The notes below the pieces were generated by a model. That model was not told the origin of the DNA. It was given only the letters and a program-made list of their open reading frames with translations, and ran no database searches. Position numbers and translations under genes: made by a program. From Somniosus microcephalus (taxonomy: Eukaryota), in the NCBI GenBank assembly GCA_052327205.1, contig CM126203.1:94426001-94490000 (forward strand): DNA of 64,000 nt, in the 5' to 3' direction. Positions 52,140-64,000 of the stretch are shown here, piece after piece. Positions within the stretch are counted from its first letter, which is position 1, and every line of letters starts with the position of its first letter.

Positions 52140-53353
52140 TGTCAGGGTTGGGGAGCCACGGGGCCGTATAAATACGAGGCCGTGCTCTCCGGGTGAGGTA
52201 GGTTCTGGACCCAAGTGCAGAAACCAAACAGGAGGCAAATATACAGTACTTTGTTTGAACTTTACTAGATTCACACATAACTAGATTAACACAGCAATAT
52301 ACATAAGAACTAGAGACAAGAGAACTCGAGACAGAAACATAAGCATACATAAGAACTAGAGACAAGTTACAAGACAGCTAGTCAAGATAGGAACTCAGGA
52401 CAGCTTCCATGAGGAAGCCCACTTGTCTATACTGAGCTTGCGACAAGCTACCACAAGGGGCAATCGGCTTGCCGAGGCAAAACTCCAGACAAGCTACCCC
52501 AAGGGTAATCGGCTTATCAATGCAAAGCTCAAGACAAGATCCCAACGGCTCCCACATAGCAACACGCTTGTCCAAACAGCACCTTACCAAGACAAGCAAC
52601 TAAACAGAACAACAGACTTAAATACATCTTATATCCAGAGACAAGAACACAGACTTAGATACATAGCTCGAGAGAACTAGAACACAGACTTAGATACATA
52701 GCTCGAGAGAACTATGGCAGCCAGCTTGTGAAGGCAAGCTGCCATAGAGCAAAGGCTAGTCACACAGAGCACCTAGTCAAGACAGAGGACATTGTCAAGA
52801 CTAACTCCCTGGTCCACCCTAGTGAGGACTGAGCAAAGAATGAAGCAACAACAGAACTTATATACCAAGAAACCAGGTGAAACCCATGAACAGCTAACAG
52901 GCCGTTAAGAATTAACACAGGGCTAGGAACAATTAACAAAGGCACAAACAAGTGAAGGTGCCAGCGGGCAGGTTGGAGGACCTCCTCGTGGGTCTGCTCC
53001 TGGGCCTGGCCAAGAAAGCCATTAATTGGTCCAGGCAGCGGGCGGTCGAGGGGGTCGTCCGACCGGATTGCCTCCCTCTCTTCCGTGGCCATGTTCGCGC
53101 CCGGGTGGCCCTAGAGATGGAGCACGCGGTGTCCGCCGGCGTGCTCGAGCAATTTCGTGACCGGTGGGCGCCGCGGGGACTGGAGTGCATAATTAGTTTA
53201 AATGAGCAAATTTTAATTTGATTTGTTAAGGTTTATTTAAAGGTTTATTAGAGTTTCGTTTACAGTTTATTTGTTTAACTCATTTGTCTCGCAAAAGAAG
53301 CAAGTGAAGGTGCCATCTAGAGGTTAGGAAAAGGACTGACTGGCACCGTCACA
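52140..53353. mobile_element. Solo LTR inserted in element C integrase
   Basis: TGTCA...TCACA termini, TSD ATTAG (52135-52139, 53354-53358); removal restores LCTATN-ATPHER. Confidence 0.85.
52964..53300 (+). mobile_element. 5'-truncated Tx1/L1-clade LINE 3' end inside the solo LTR
   Basis: 15-bp TSD CAAGTGAAGGTGCCA (52949-52963, 53301-53315); DLLVGLLLGLAKKAI...LFRGHVRARVALE...FRDRWA resembles Tx1 ORF2 C-terminus; T-rich 3' UTR. Confidence 0.82.
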
Positions 53354-56300
53354 ATTAGTGGCAGTACACAATAGCGACCGTATCGAATGGAGCACATCTG
53401 GGAGGACTTCCTGCCAGCGGGAGATAGGGAGGCCCTTGGTCCTTAGAGCTAGAGTGACTGCTTTCCATACTGTCCCGTTCTCTCGCTCCACTTGACCGTT
53501 ACCCCGGGGGTTGTAGCTGGTGGTACGGCTTGTGGCGATCCCCCTGGACAGCATGTACTGGCGTAGCTCTTCACTCATGAAGGACGCCCCCCTATCCGTA
53601 TGGATGTAGCTCGGCATACCGAACAGGCAGAACAGGCTGTTGAGGCATTTAATGACCGTGGCGCTGGTCATGTCTCGGCAGGGGAAGGCGAATGGGAAAC
53701 GGAAGTATTCGTCCACAATGTTCAGGAAGTAAACATTGCGGTCGACTGACGGGAGGGGGCCCTTGAAATCTAAGCTGAGCCGCTCAAAGGGCCGTGTAGC
53801 TTTGATTAAGTGGGCTCTATCTGGGCGGTAGAACCGAGGCACTCAGCGCAAGTGCGGCAGTTCCTGGTCAGAGACCGAACTTCCTCAATCGAGTAGGGTA
53901 AGTTGCGGGACTTTATGAAGTGGAACAGCCGTGTGACCCCGGGGTGGCAGAGGTCGTTGTGGAGGGTCTGTAGCCGATCCCCGGTGGTGCTGGCACACAT
54001 CCCTCGTGAGAGGGCATCGGGGGATTCGTTAAGGGCCCCTGGCCGGTAAATGATGTCATAATTGAAGGTGGAGAGCTTGATCCGCCACCTAAGAATCTTA
54101 TCATTTTTAATCTTCCCCCTCTGTTTATTATTGAACATAAACGCTACCGACCACTGGTCGGTAAGTAGGGTGAAGCGTTTGCCGGCTAGGTAGTGCCGCC
54201 AGTGGCGCACTGCCTCCACGATGGCTTGGGCCTCCTTTTCCACGGAGGAGTGTCTGATCTCGGGCCCTTGGAGGGTCCTCAAGAAGAAAGCTACGGGCCG
54301 CCCCGCCTGGTTGAGGGTGGCCACCAAGGCAAAGTCAGCCGCATCACTTTCCACTTGAAAGGGAGTGTTCTCGTCCACTGCCTGTAGCGTGGCCCGCTCA
54401 ATATCCCGCTTAATGCTTTTGAAGGCGGCATGGGCCTCAGCAGAGAACGGAAAAGAGGATGCTTTCAAGAGGGGGCGGGCTTTGTCGGAGTAGTTGGGGA
54501 CCCATTGGGCATAATAAGAAAATAACCCCAGGCACCTTTTCAGGGCTTTGGGAGTGTTGGGCAGGGGCGGCTCCCGTAGGGGGCGCAATCGGTCGGGGTC
54601 TGGTCCAATTTCCCCATTCTCCACCACGCTGCCTAGTATGCAGAGGCGCGTGGTGTTGAAAACGCACTTGTCCTCGTTGTAAGTGAGGTTGAGTTTTTGT
54701 GCGGTTTTCAGGAACCTCTCGAGGTTCGAGTCGTGATCCTGCTGGTTGTGACCGCAGATGGTGACGTTGTCGAGGTAGGGGAAGGTTGCCTGCAAGTGGT
54801 GGTCATCGACCATGCGGTCCATCTCCCTCTGGAAGACCGAGACCCCATTCGTCACCCCAAAGGGGACTCTGAGGAATTGGTAGAGGCGTCCGTTCGCCTT
54901 GAAGGCGGTGTACGGGCGGTCCTCTGGTCTGATAGGGAGCTGGTGGTACGCTGACTTGAGGTCGATGGTGGCGAACACCCGGTATTGGGCGATTTGGTTC
55001 ACCATCTCGGATATGCGGGGTAGCGGGTAGGCGTCTAGCTGGGTGTATAGATTAACTGTCTGGCTATAATCTATCACCATCCGCTTCTTCTCGCTACCCC
55101 TCACCACCACCACTTGGGCGTGCCACGGGCTGTTGCTGCGTTTGATAATGCGCTCCTTCAGGAGCCTGTCTACCTCGGTCGCGATAAACCGCCTGTCCTC
55201 CCAGCTGTACCTCCTGCTTTTGGTCGCTATTGGCCGGCAGTTGGGAGTAAGGTTCGCGAGTAGCGAAGGCGGCTTTACCTTCAGGGTAGCCAGACCGCAC
55301 ACTGTGAGGGGCGGCTGGGACCCACCGTACTTGAGCGTGATGCTTTGGTGGTGGCACTGGAAATCCAGGCCCAAGATCACGCTCGCACATAGATTCTTCA
55401 TGATTAGTAATTTAAAATTATCGTATACAGTTCCGTTAACGGACAATTGTACCGCGCAGTAACCCATAACGGTCGATGTCTGGGTTTTATCAGCCATAGA
55501 GATGGTGCCCCGAGCAGGGACCACCGTTACAGAGAGTTGTTGTGCCAGTTCCAGGTGGATAAAACTCTCCGTGCTTCCACTGTCAAATAAACATTTAACC
55601 CCGCACCCATTTACCTCGATGTCCACCATTGATTTGGATAGCGGGTGCGGTCTGGTCTGGTCCACTGTGACCGATGCCACTGTAGGGCCCTGATCGAGAC
55701 AAGATGGCGTCCACGCTGTCTGCTCACAAGATGGTGGACCCCACGAGGTCGGGCAAGATGGCGTCCAAGATGGCCGCTCCCACGGCGCACACGCGGCGGT
55801 GGCGGGTTTTCCAGCGGGGTTCCCTCTGCACACCTTCCCGAAGTGCCCCTTCTTACCGCACTTAAAGCAGGTGGTGCCTTTCGCCGGGCACAGGTTTCTG
55901 GTGTGCTTCGGCTGCCCGCAGAAGTAGCAGTTGGGGCCCCGACGCGTCGCGGCTGTCGTAGGGCTTCTGGGGGGAGAGCGGGGCCCCGATGGTGTCGGGC
56001 TGCCGGGCGGGGAAGATGCCTTCCAAGATGGCAGCGCCCTTGGTGCACACGTGGCGGCGTGGGCGGCGCGGGCTGAAGAGTAGGCGTCCGAGTTTCTCTG
56101 GGCCACATCCAGGGATCGCGCTGTGTCCACAGCCTGTTTCAGGTCCAATCCCGTTTTTTCCAGTAATCTCTGCCGGATGTAAGTGGAGCTGAGGCCTGTG
56201 ATAAAGGCATCACGAACAAGCTCGTCAGTGTACACTGCGGCTTTTACATCTTGGCACTTGCAGTCTTTGCCAAGCGTTTTCAGGGTGACTAGGAACTCAT

Positions 56301-56622
56301 CCAGCGATTCCCCAGGTCGCTGTGCGTGACTAGCGAGCAGATGCCTAGCGTACACCTCGTTCATAGGCTGCTGGTAATGCGCCTTTAGGATGTCGCAGGC
56401 GGCCGAGTACGTGTCGGCGTCTTGGATGAGGGGGTAAACCCGGTGGCTTACCCAATTCCGCAGGATTCCGAGTTTCATACTTTCAGCGTCCGTAGCGCCT
56501 GTGATGGCTGCGGAATTGTCCAGGAAGAATTCCATACACTTAAACCAGTGTCCGAATCGTGCCGATGCATCCGAAGCATGCGGGTCCAAATCCAAACGTT
56601 TGGGTTTCAAGAGTTGGTCCAT
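53354..56622 (-). pseudogene. Element C gag-pol (frameshift near 53840)
   Basis: ATG 56622 MDQLLKPKRL; two CCHC, LFDSGS, YLDN, RNase H, HHCC, integrase core in ORF 53324-53842. Confidence 0.92.
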
Positions 56623-56942
56623 TGCATTGAAAATTGAGTTAATAAAATTGATGTGCCTCAATGAATCCGAGACTCAACGTTAACGGAGCAAAGCAAGGCT
56701 TTTATTTACTCGGAAAGTAATACACATTGGAGAAGTGTCTCTCATCCAGAGATCTGCTGTACTGGATGTGAGACACGCTGGGCCTGCTTAAGTAGGGGCC
56801 AGGTATGGGCGGAGCCCTACACACAATACAATACAGGTAAGGAAATGAAACTGAAACTAAACTAAACACAGAGAATACAGTGCCTGATGAATGGCATATT
56901 TCATCACACACCCCATCCGTCCCATCCAACCCACAGCCGTGA

Positions 56943-59900
56943 CTAGAGCCAGCGCAGCCTGTTTATCTGTGTTCTCTCCGATACGATGAGTGGAAAAGAC
57001 CCCTTTTGGAGATGGAGGTGGAGAAGGAGAAGGTGACGAGGACCTATCTGTTAGACACGGGGGCATCATGCACCATGGTCTACTCAGCTAACCCCACCAC
57101 CTCACCTCTCTCCAACGGGGTCCCATACAGTCTATCGGGGTTCACGGGTAGGGAACAGGCTGGCTCGTTTTCCATCCCGCTCACCATTCGGTTAGGACCG
57201 CTCCGCTCCAAGTGGACCTGTGTCCTGATGAAATGGGACGTGGAGGGTGGAAGAGTGGTCCTGGGGGCCGACTTTATTGTAGGCCATGGGATCCTAGTGG
57301 ATTTGAGGAATCACTGCCTTTGGGGGGCAGGTAAAGTAAAGAACGGAGAGGTCGTAGTAATCCCGGGAAAGGAAGGGAAGGGGACACTCTGCACCATGAA
57401 GCCCAAAGAGGATTATAACCTCGGGCTCATGGTCAGCAACACCCCACCAGAATTCCAGGCATTTGTGCAGGCCCACCTGGCCACATTTGCCACTCACAAG
57501 CACGACTGCGGGAGGGTCACAGGGTTTGAGGTCAGCATAGACGGGAACCCTGTGGCCCGACCACAGAAACAATATAACTTCCCCAGGGAAGCAGAGCCGG
57601 ACATGGAAGCAGCCATGTCCTCGTTAGTGCAGCAGGGAGTTCTGAGACCGATAGCTACCCACGTGAATTCTCCATTATGGCCGGTCAGAAAGCCGGACAA
57701 TTCCTGGAGGGCCACGGTGGATTATCGAGTGCTCAATAGTAACATCACAGCCTGCGCACCCACAGTAACAGCAGTTGCCGACCTCATCGGGAGTATTCCA
57801 GCATCCGCGACCACTTTCACGGTGCTGGATATTTCAAATGGGTTTTGGTCCATCCCTGTAAGGAGGGAGGATCAGTACACGTTTGCCTTTACGTTTAAGG
57901 AGCAACAGTACACATGGAACTGTTTGCCTCAGGGCTTCCACAACAGCCCCAGCATTTTCCATCAGTGCATGGCCAACAGTTTGAAGGATTTTAGCCAGCC
58001 CAGACAGTTGGTTCAATATGTGGATGACCTGCTCCTGTTCACTGATTTGAAAGAGGAGCATGGTCCGCTATTGGCCGAACTGCTGGAGCTGTTAGGGCAG
58101 AAGAGTTTCAAAGTAAACCCCAAGAAAGCGCAGATCGGCCAGCAGGAGGTGAAATTCCTCAGTCTGACCGTGTGCACTGGAGAAAGGGCCATAGATAAGG
58201 CTAGGAAGGAGGCGGTACAAGAACTACCGGTCCCTAACACAGTAACGGGTGTGAGGTCGTTTCTAGGGCTAACCGGGTACTGCAGAGACATTATTGAGGA
58301 CTATGCAGCCACCGCAGCCCCTCTGCTCCGACTCCTACACAAGGGAGTGGAGTGGCTTTGGGATGAGGGTTGCCAGGCAGCATTTGTCAGGCTCAAGAAA
58401 GACTTGCAGACCGCGCCAGCTTTAGGGGCCATAGATGGGGGGAAAGAGTTTTTCCTGGAGGTAGCAGCCAGCGGGGACAGCCTGAGTGCTGTGCTGCTCC
58501 AAGAGCGGCACGGCCGGCTGCGGCTGGTGGTCTACTCCTCTGGGATACTCACAGATGTGGAAAGGAGCTATTCCAATTGTGAGCGGCATCTTTTGGCCAC
58601 ACATTGGGCTGTGAAAAGATCATTGATCTTCACAGGCACCTCTCCCATCACCCTCCTCACCCATCACACACCTACCCAGATGCTTCTGGACGGGAGGATC
58701 AAGGATGGGACAGTGAGCAGTGCCCGCATTGCCCGCTGGACTTTGCTCCTCTCACAGATGGATCTAAAGGTGAAGGGTCTCTGTGAGCCAAGGCTTGCAG
58801 CCAACATGGTATATCCTGGAACAGCCCACTGTTCCATTGAAGGGGTTTGGGAAGTAAACACAGGTTTACGGGCCGGGATACATCCCACAGGCTGCGAAAT
58901 CTATGTAGACGGTTCCAGCACGGTATCTGCTGGCGAGCATCTCACGGGGTGTGGGGTTTACGACCCAGCGCAAACATTGCCTTGGCGATTAAGCTCCCCA
59001 GCACCATGAGCGCCCAGCAGGCTGAACTGTCTGCGGTGGTGTACGTTGTTACACACCCCGAAATCTTCCCCACCCCCTATGCGATTTGCTCGGACAGCAT
59101 GTTCACGTGCAATTCATGTACGGAGTACCTGGCCATCTGGTCCCGCCGCGGATACACCTCCGCTAACGGGAGACCCCTCACAGTAAAACCCCTGCTGGAA
59201 AAGATCCTGGCAGCAGTGGGGGAGGAAGGGGAGGTTTTCATCCACAAGGTGAAGGCCCATTCCTCCACAGAACCCCGCGGCCAAGGCAACCAGCAGGCTG
59301 ACTTGCTCGCCAAGGAGGGTGCCCGCACAGGCACTTTCTGGGACCCATTTGGGTCCAGACCCATGGCGGCGGTCAGAGGTAGGGACGGGACCCAAGGGAG
59401 TGTAGGGGTAGCATTAGCCCCGGACCTAAAGACGGTCCAAGCCGAAGACCCTGTCCTAAAAGCAGTCCTCAGCGCTGTAGCTGCGGGAAATGGAGTAGAA
59501 GGTCCGTATGGCACAGCGACCCTCTCCGTTAAAGAGGGCATGCTGTTCCGGGGGGAACAGTGGGTTGTGCCGCAGCAGCACCGGAGGGAATTCCTTCAAC
59601 TGGCCAATGAGGGTCCAGGAGCGGGACACCCCAGGCCTGAGACCACCTGGCAACAGGTGGAACAGGCGGGATGGTGGCCGGGACTCAGGGACGATGTCCA
59701 TGAATTCTGTGCAGGCTGTCTTGTGTGCGCTGCGAACAACCCCGACCCCCACAAAAGGAAAGTCCCTATGGGACACGTCAGGAGGGTAGAGGAACCATGG
59801 CAGTCGATACAAGTCGACTACATTGGGCCCCTGCCCACCGCCCAGGGAGGCTATAAGTACTGCCTAGTCCTGGTGGACGTGTTTACCAAGTGGGTAGAGG

Positions 59901-61150
59901 CCTTTCCCTGCAGAACAGCCACAGCTCTGGGTACTGCCAGGAACCTGGTCCGGGAAGTGTTCTCGAGGTGGGGAGTACCACAGTATGTGGAGTCCGACCA
60001 AGGGAGTCACTTCACCGGACAGGTGATGCAGAACACCCTGATGCTGCTAGGCATTGAAGGGAAATGGCACATGGCCCACAACCCCCAGTCATTGTGGATT
60101 GTAGAACGCATGAATCGGACCCTGAAAGAAAGCTTAAGAAAGGAAACGGTGGACTCGCCCCGTAAATGGGCCGAGGTCCTACTGTTGGTTTTGATGGGGA
60201 TCCGGGCCAGCTAGTCTAAAAGCATGGGGTATTCCCCGTACGAGCTAATAACTAGCAGGGTTATGCGGACCCCTACCCATGTACTAGCCCCGGTGCTCAC
60301 GGAGGGTCAACTCAGGGAGGTAAACCAGGACAGACAGGTTTGCCCGAAACCTCTTTGAGCACCTGAAGCAGGTCCATGAGCAGGCGGCTGGAAACATGGA
60401 AGGCAGCATCGGAGTAACCGATTGCTGCTCGAACCCAGAAAGCACCATGAGTGGGAGGTAGGAGATCAGGTCATGGTAAGAAACTATGCCCGAGTAGGGA
60501 GTTTGGAGCCATTGTACATGGGGCCCTACAGCATTGTAGATAAAGCCAGCCCCATGGTATACGCCGTGAAGATGCCCCGGTGTACAAAATGGTTTCATAT
60601 CAACCAGTGTAAGCTGTTTACACCTGAAAGGGGAAAACAGCCAGTTGGGAAAAGGGCTGAGGATAAAGATCCTCAGCCTGCAGCAGGAGCGAGTTCACAG
60701 ACTGCACAGGCAGGCGCTGTGGCTTGCTTAAAGGGAGGGGCCATCCCGTCCATTGATTGGGACACTCCCCCACTCTTCTGGGATCCAGACGAGGGGAAGG
60801 GACCTGAGGGCGAAAACCCCGCCCCTAACCCAGGTGTAGAGAGGGAGGGACCTGAGGTCGAAAACCCCGCCTCGGACCCAGCCATGGGACCTGGGGGCGG
60901 AGGCTCTCAGCTCGCAGCAGCAGGCTGCGAAAAGTTACCTGCCCCCAGCCCAGGTTTGGGAGGGGTCAAGCCTGAGGGAGCAGCGGTTCGGGTTAAAGGC
61001 CCAGCGGCCAAGAAAGCCCCACCCGTCAAGGCCCCCAGAAGGTCCCCACGGACGCCCCAGCCGAGAAAGCCATGGTCACCTGCCCTCCAGTTATCAAGGG
61101 CCGCCCTTGAGCTAGGGAAGGGCCCAAGGACAGAGGTCCTCAGCCAGTAG
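56943..61150 (+). pseudogene. Element D pol: PR-RT-RH1-RH2-IN with frameshifts/stops
   Basis: LLDTGA, NSPLWPVRKPD, LDISNGF, LPQGF, YVDD, CERHLLA (degenerate RH), IYVDGSS/SAQQAEL/SDS/KVKAH/GNQQAD, IQVDYIGP, SDQGSHF, GPY. Confidence 0.92.
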
Positions 61151-61516
61151 CCACGGGCTGCGAGGGACCAACAGTGAAGGATGGTGCAGTCACGCCGGGG
61201 GTGGCGGTGAGCCGCAGTCCAACCAGGGATTAGCCCGGCCGCCCGGAGACGGGCGGCAGATGTATATAGTTTTAGTTTAAGTTTTGGTTTGTGTTTATTG
61301 TTAAGTTTAATTATTTAGCTTAGGCTTGGGTGTTTTAGTTTAAGTTAAATAAGGTGATGGGTAGTTTTAAGTATGCAACCTGCTAAGAGTGTGTATATTT
61401 GGGGTCGAGGTCGCGGGACCTGACCATGCTTCACCAAGCCAGAGAATCTCTTGGGGGCCTGGCTGCATGTTTTTGTATCTTTTCAGAAAGATTTTCAGGA
61501 TGAAGGGGATCGTGAT

Positions 61517-64000
61517 TGTTGTGTCGGTACCTTTTTACCTAGACACAATTCGAACTCAGAACTCAGAGATTCAAACATGAAGTGCTTTATTCGAAGGGAA
61601 AAGGAAGTTCTGGAGAGTTCCGAACAAAGAGAGCTAAACTTAACCAAGAGAACACCCAACCATTTATCTGCTGTGACAGCGCCACCACAGGTGGGAGGAG
61701 AACACACAATACATAACTTATTCCTCCCCTCTTAAATGGAAGGTCCACATTATTCCTCAACAGGTAAGTTACTTTCAATGCACTCAACGAACCTAGGGTA
61801 GAGGTAGACTGCCTCAACCCCTGACTTTACCCTGGGGTTTATTCTGCCCCAGTCTTGTGGGTAAGTCGCTAAGCCTACAGATCCAAGCATCTTGGAGTCC
61901 GCCGCTCTCTGACAGGATACCGGCGATCATCGCTGGCTTCCACAGCAGTAGGCATTGACACAGGCCTAGATGGAGAAGGTGCCTGTGTCAGTCGAAAGTC
62001 AGGAGCTTGCACAGGTGGAACAGTCTCTTTGACTTCCTGTGTTGGAGAACAGCACTGTGGCAAAGGATGCTGGTTTGCAGTATCATCTGGAAACAGTTCA
62101 GGCCAACCAGCCGTTGGAGCCTCTGTGGCTGTCTCTGCTCCTAGCAACAGTTGATCTGTGTGTCTTCTCCAGACGACGTCCTCAGCAGTCTCAACCATGT
62201 AAGACACAGGGCCCGTCTGCGCGATCACCGTAGCAGGAACCCATTTCGGTCCAGTGTTGTAGTTTCGAGCTAGGACGTGCTCTCCCGGATGAAACCGTCT
62301 CTCCTTGGCTCTTTTCTCTCTCTTTTCAACTTGAGCTTGTTGTTGACGATGGACAATCTGCTCTGCCCTTGGAGGTTTGAATAAGTCAAAACTTCTCCGC
62401 AACTGCCTCTTCATCATGAGCGAAGCGGGGGAAGTTTTCGTTGTGGCATGCGGCTCGTTCCTGTAGGACAACAGGAAGCTGTTCAGACATTGGTGGATTG
62501 AGCCCTGACCTTGCGATGCGTTCATGGCGTGCTTCAAAGTTTGCACAAACCTTTCCACCTGGCCGTTAGTAGAGGGATGATAGGGCGCAGACCTGATGTG
62601 TTGGACACCATTCACATGCAGGAAGGTTGCAAACTCCTGTGATACAAATTGTGGACCGTTGTCACTTACGAGTTCCGGTGAGCCATAACGGCTGAACATC
62701 TCACCAAGTTTCTCAATTGTTTTCTCTGCCGTGGTAGACCTCATCACAGCGACCTCCGGCCACTTGCTACGAGCGTCTACAACCACCATAAACATCTTCT
62801 GTTCGAAAGGACCGGCGAAGTCCACATGTACTCCCTGCCACACTTCTGCAGGCCAATCCCAGGGGTGTAGGGTTGCCAGCTATGGAACATTCCGGACCCT
62901 TTGACATGGGGAACATGTTTTGGCTTTCTCCTCAATATTCCCATCGAGACCTGGCCACCAGAAGTAGCTTCTTGCCATTTCCTTCATCCGAACCATCCCA
63001 CTGTGGCCTGTATGAAGTTGTTGCAGTATAGGTTCCCTCAGAGGTGGCGGAATGATGACACGGCGTCCCCAAAGAAGACAAACTGCCTGGGCGGAGAGCT
63101 CATTTCTTTTTGAAACATAAGGTTTCAAACTAGGAGAATCTCCTATAGCTCTCCCTCAAATGACATTGTCGATTACCTCAGACAGGGCTGGATCGTTGCG
63201 GGTGTACCTTCGCACCTGAACTGCAGTGACAGGTGCTCCCTCCACTTGTCTAAAGTAGAAGATGTCTATCTGACGAGGCTCTGGGGGAGTAACAGGCAAG
63301 GGTAGCCTCGAGAGACCGTCTGCGTTGCCGTGCAAGTCTGATTTGCGATATTTGATGTCGTATGTGTGTCCTGACCACCTTTGCATCCTGCTTGCAGCGA
63401 GAGACGGAATTCCGGTGTGGGGCCTGAAGATTGAAGTCAATGGATGGTGGTCCGTCAGGAGTGTGAACCTTCTCCCAAACAGGTACTGATGAAATTTTCG
63501 AATTCCAAAAACGATTCCCAAGGCCTCGCGCTCGATCTGCGCATAGTTACTCTCGGCCTTGTTCAAGGTGCGTGATGCGAAGGCGATAGGTTTCTCTTCA
63601 CCCGAAGGCATGATGTGGGATATGACTGCTCCCACACCATATGGTGATGCATCACATACTAGCTGCATGGGTAGCTTTGGGTCGAAGTGTGTCAGGGCCT
63701 CCGATTTCAGCAATGCTTTCTTTGCTTGGGCGAAAGCTTCGTTGCACAGTTCAGTCCATTTCCATGTTTTGCCTTGACATAGCAACTGATGTAACGGCTT
63801 CAGCAATGTTGCTAAGTCTGGAATAAACTTCCCATAGTAGTTAAGTAGCCCCAGAAATGAACGTAACTGGCTCACATTCTGGGGTGCTGGGGCCTCCACG
63901 ATCGCCTTGACCTTTGACGGCGCCTTATGCAGGCCAGTAGCGTCAATCACATGCCCCAGGTACTCAACTGAAGACTGAAAGAATTTACATTTGTCTTTAT
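61517..64000 (-). mobile_element. Mag-like Gypsy element E, 3' part (3' LTR ~61517-61720), runs off the window
   Basis: ORFs 63156-63950 (RT end, CDASPYG RNase H), 62880-63128 (HHCC), 61875-62843 (VDFAGPF, SDNGPQF); PPT AAGAGGGGAGGAA 61733-61721; AATAAA 61591-61586. LTR boundaries inferred. Confidence 0.88.

Larger units (their letters stand above)
51379..56908 (-). mobile_element. Gypsy LTR retrotransposon C (same lineage as A and 0), complete
   Basis: 260-bp LTRs 51379-51638 and 56649-56908 (one mismatch seen, 51437/56707), TSD CACCC, PPT AGAAGGGGCGAA. Confidence 0.95.
48731..61516 (+). mobile_element. Retrovirus-like LTR element D (dual RNase H), interrupted by elements C and E; 3' end outside window
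   Basis: Long LTR, tRNA-Arg PBS, gag with CCHC, PR-RT-RH-RH-IN-GPY/F. Confidence 0.88.

Noticed and set aside
51649-52365. Hydrophobic N-terminus suggesting an env-like ORF in element C
   Set aside because: N-terminal part is read-through of the inserted solo LTR; the rest is the integrase tail.
5114-56913. Shared target preference among TSDs (CTACC, CTACT, CACCC, flank CACCC at 618)
   Set aside because: Too few sites, mixed orientations and families; ATTAG does not fit.
61517-64000. Element E as the autonomous helper of element B
   Set aside because: Both Mag-like, but LTRs are dissimilar and E's pol is disrupted.

Overview
Vertebrate genomic DNA, most likely a cartilaginous fish (shark-type CR1/L2 LINEs, V-SINE/HE1-like and Deu-type SINEs), with a 500-N gap at 29161-29660. 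One host gene is clearly present: LSM6 on the minus strand (3 coding exons, 80 aa). The rest is dominated by nested retroelements. Highlights: (1) a complete 3.4-kb non-autonomous LTR element (39555-43000; identical LTRs, 5-bp TSD, tRNA-Ser PBS, PPT) whose single intact 762-aa ORF fuses Gag-protease in frame to three segments resembling host proteins STK10/SLK, optineurin and DNAJC21 in place of RT/RNaseH/IN; (2) three divergent members of one Gypsy lineage that all lack a tRNA PBS and instead carry an 11-15 nt segment complementary, with compensatory changes, to the AATAAA region of their own LTR; (3) a retrovirus-like element with a tRNA-Arg PBS, two RNase H domains and a gag-pol junction that reads UGA-CUAG once a nested insertion is removed. 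Protein similarities were recognised by eye and from memory, not by database search.
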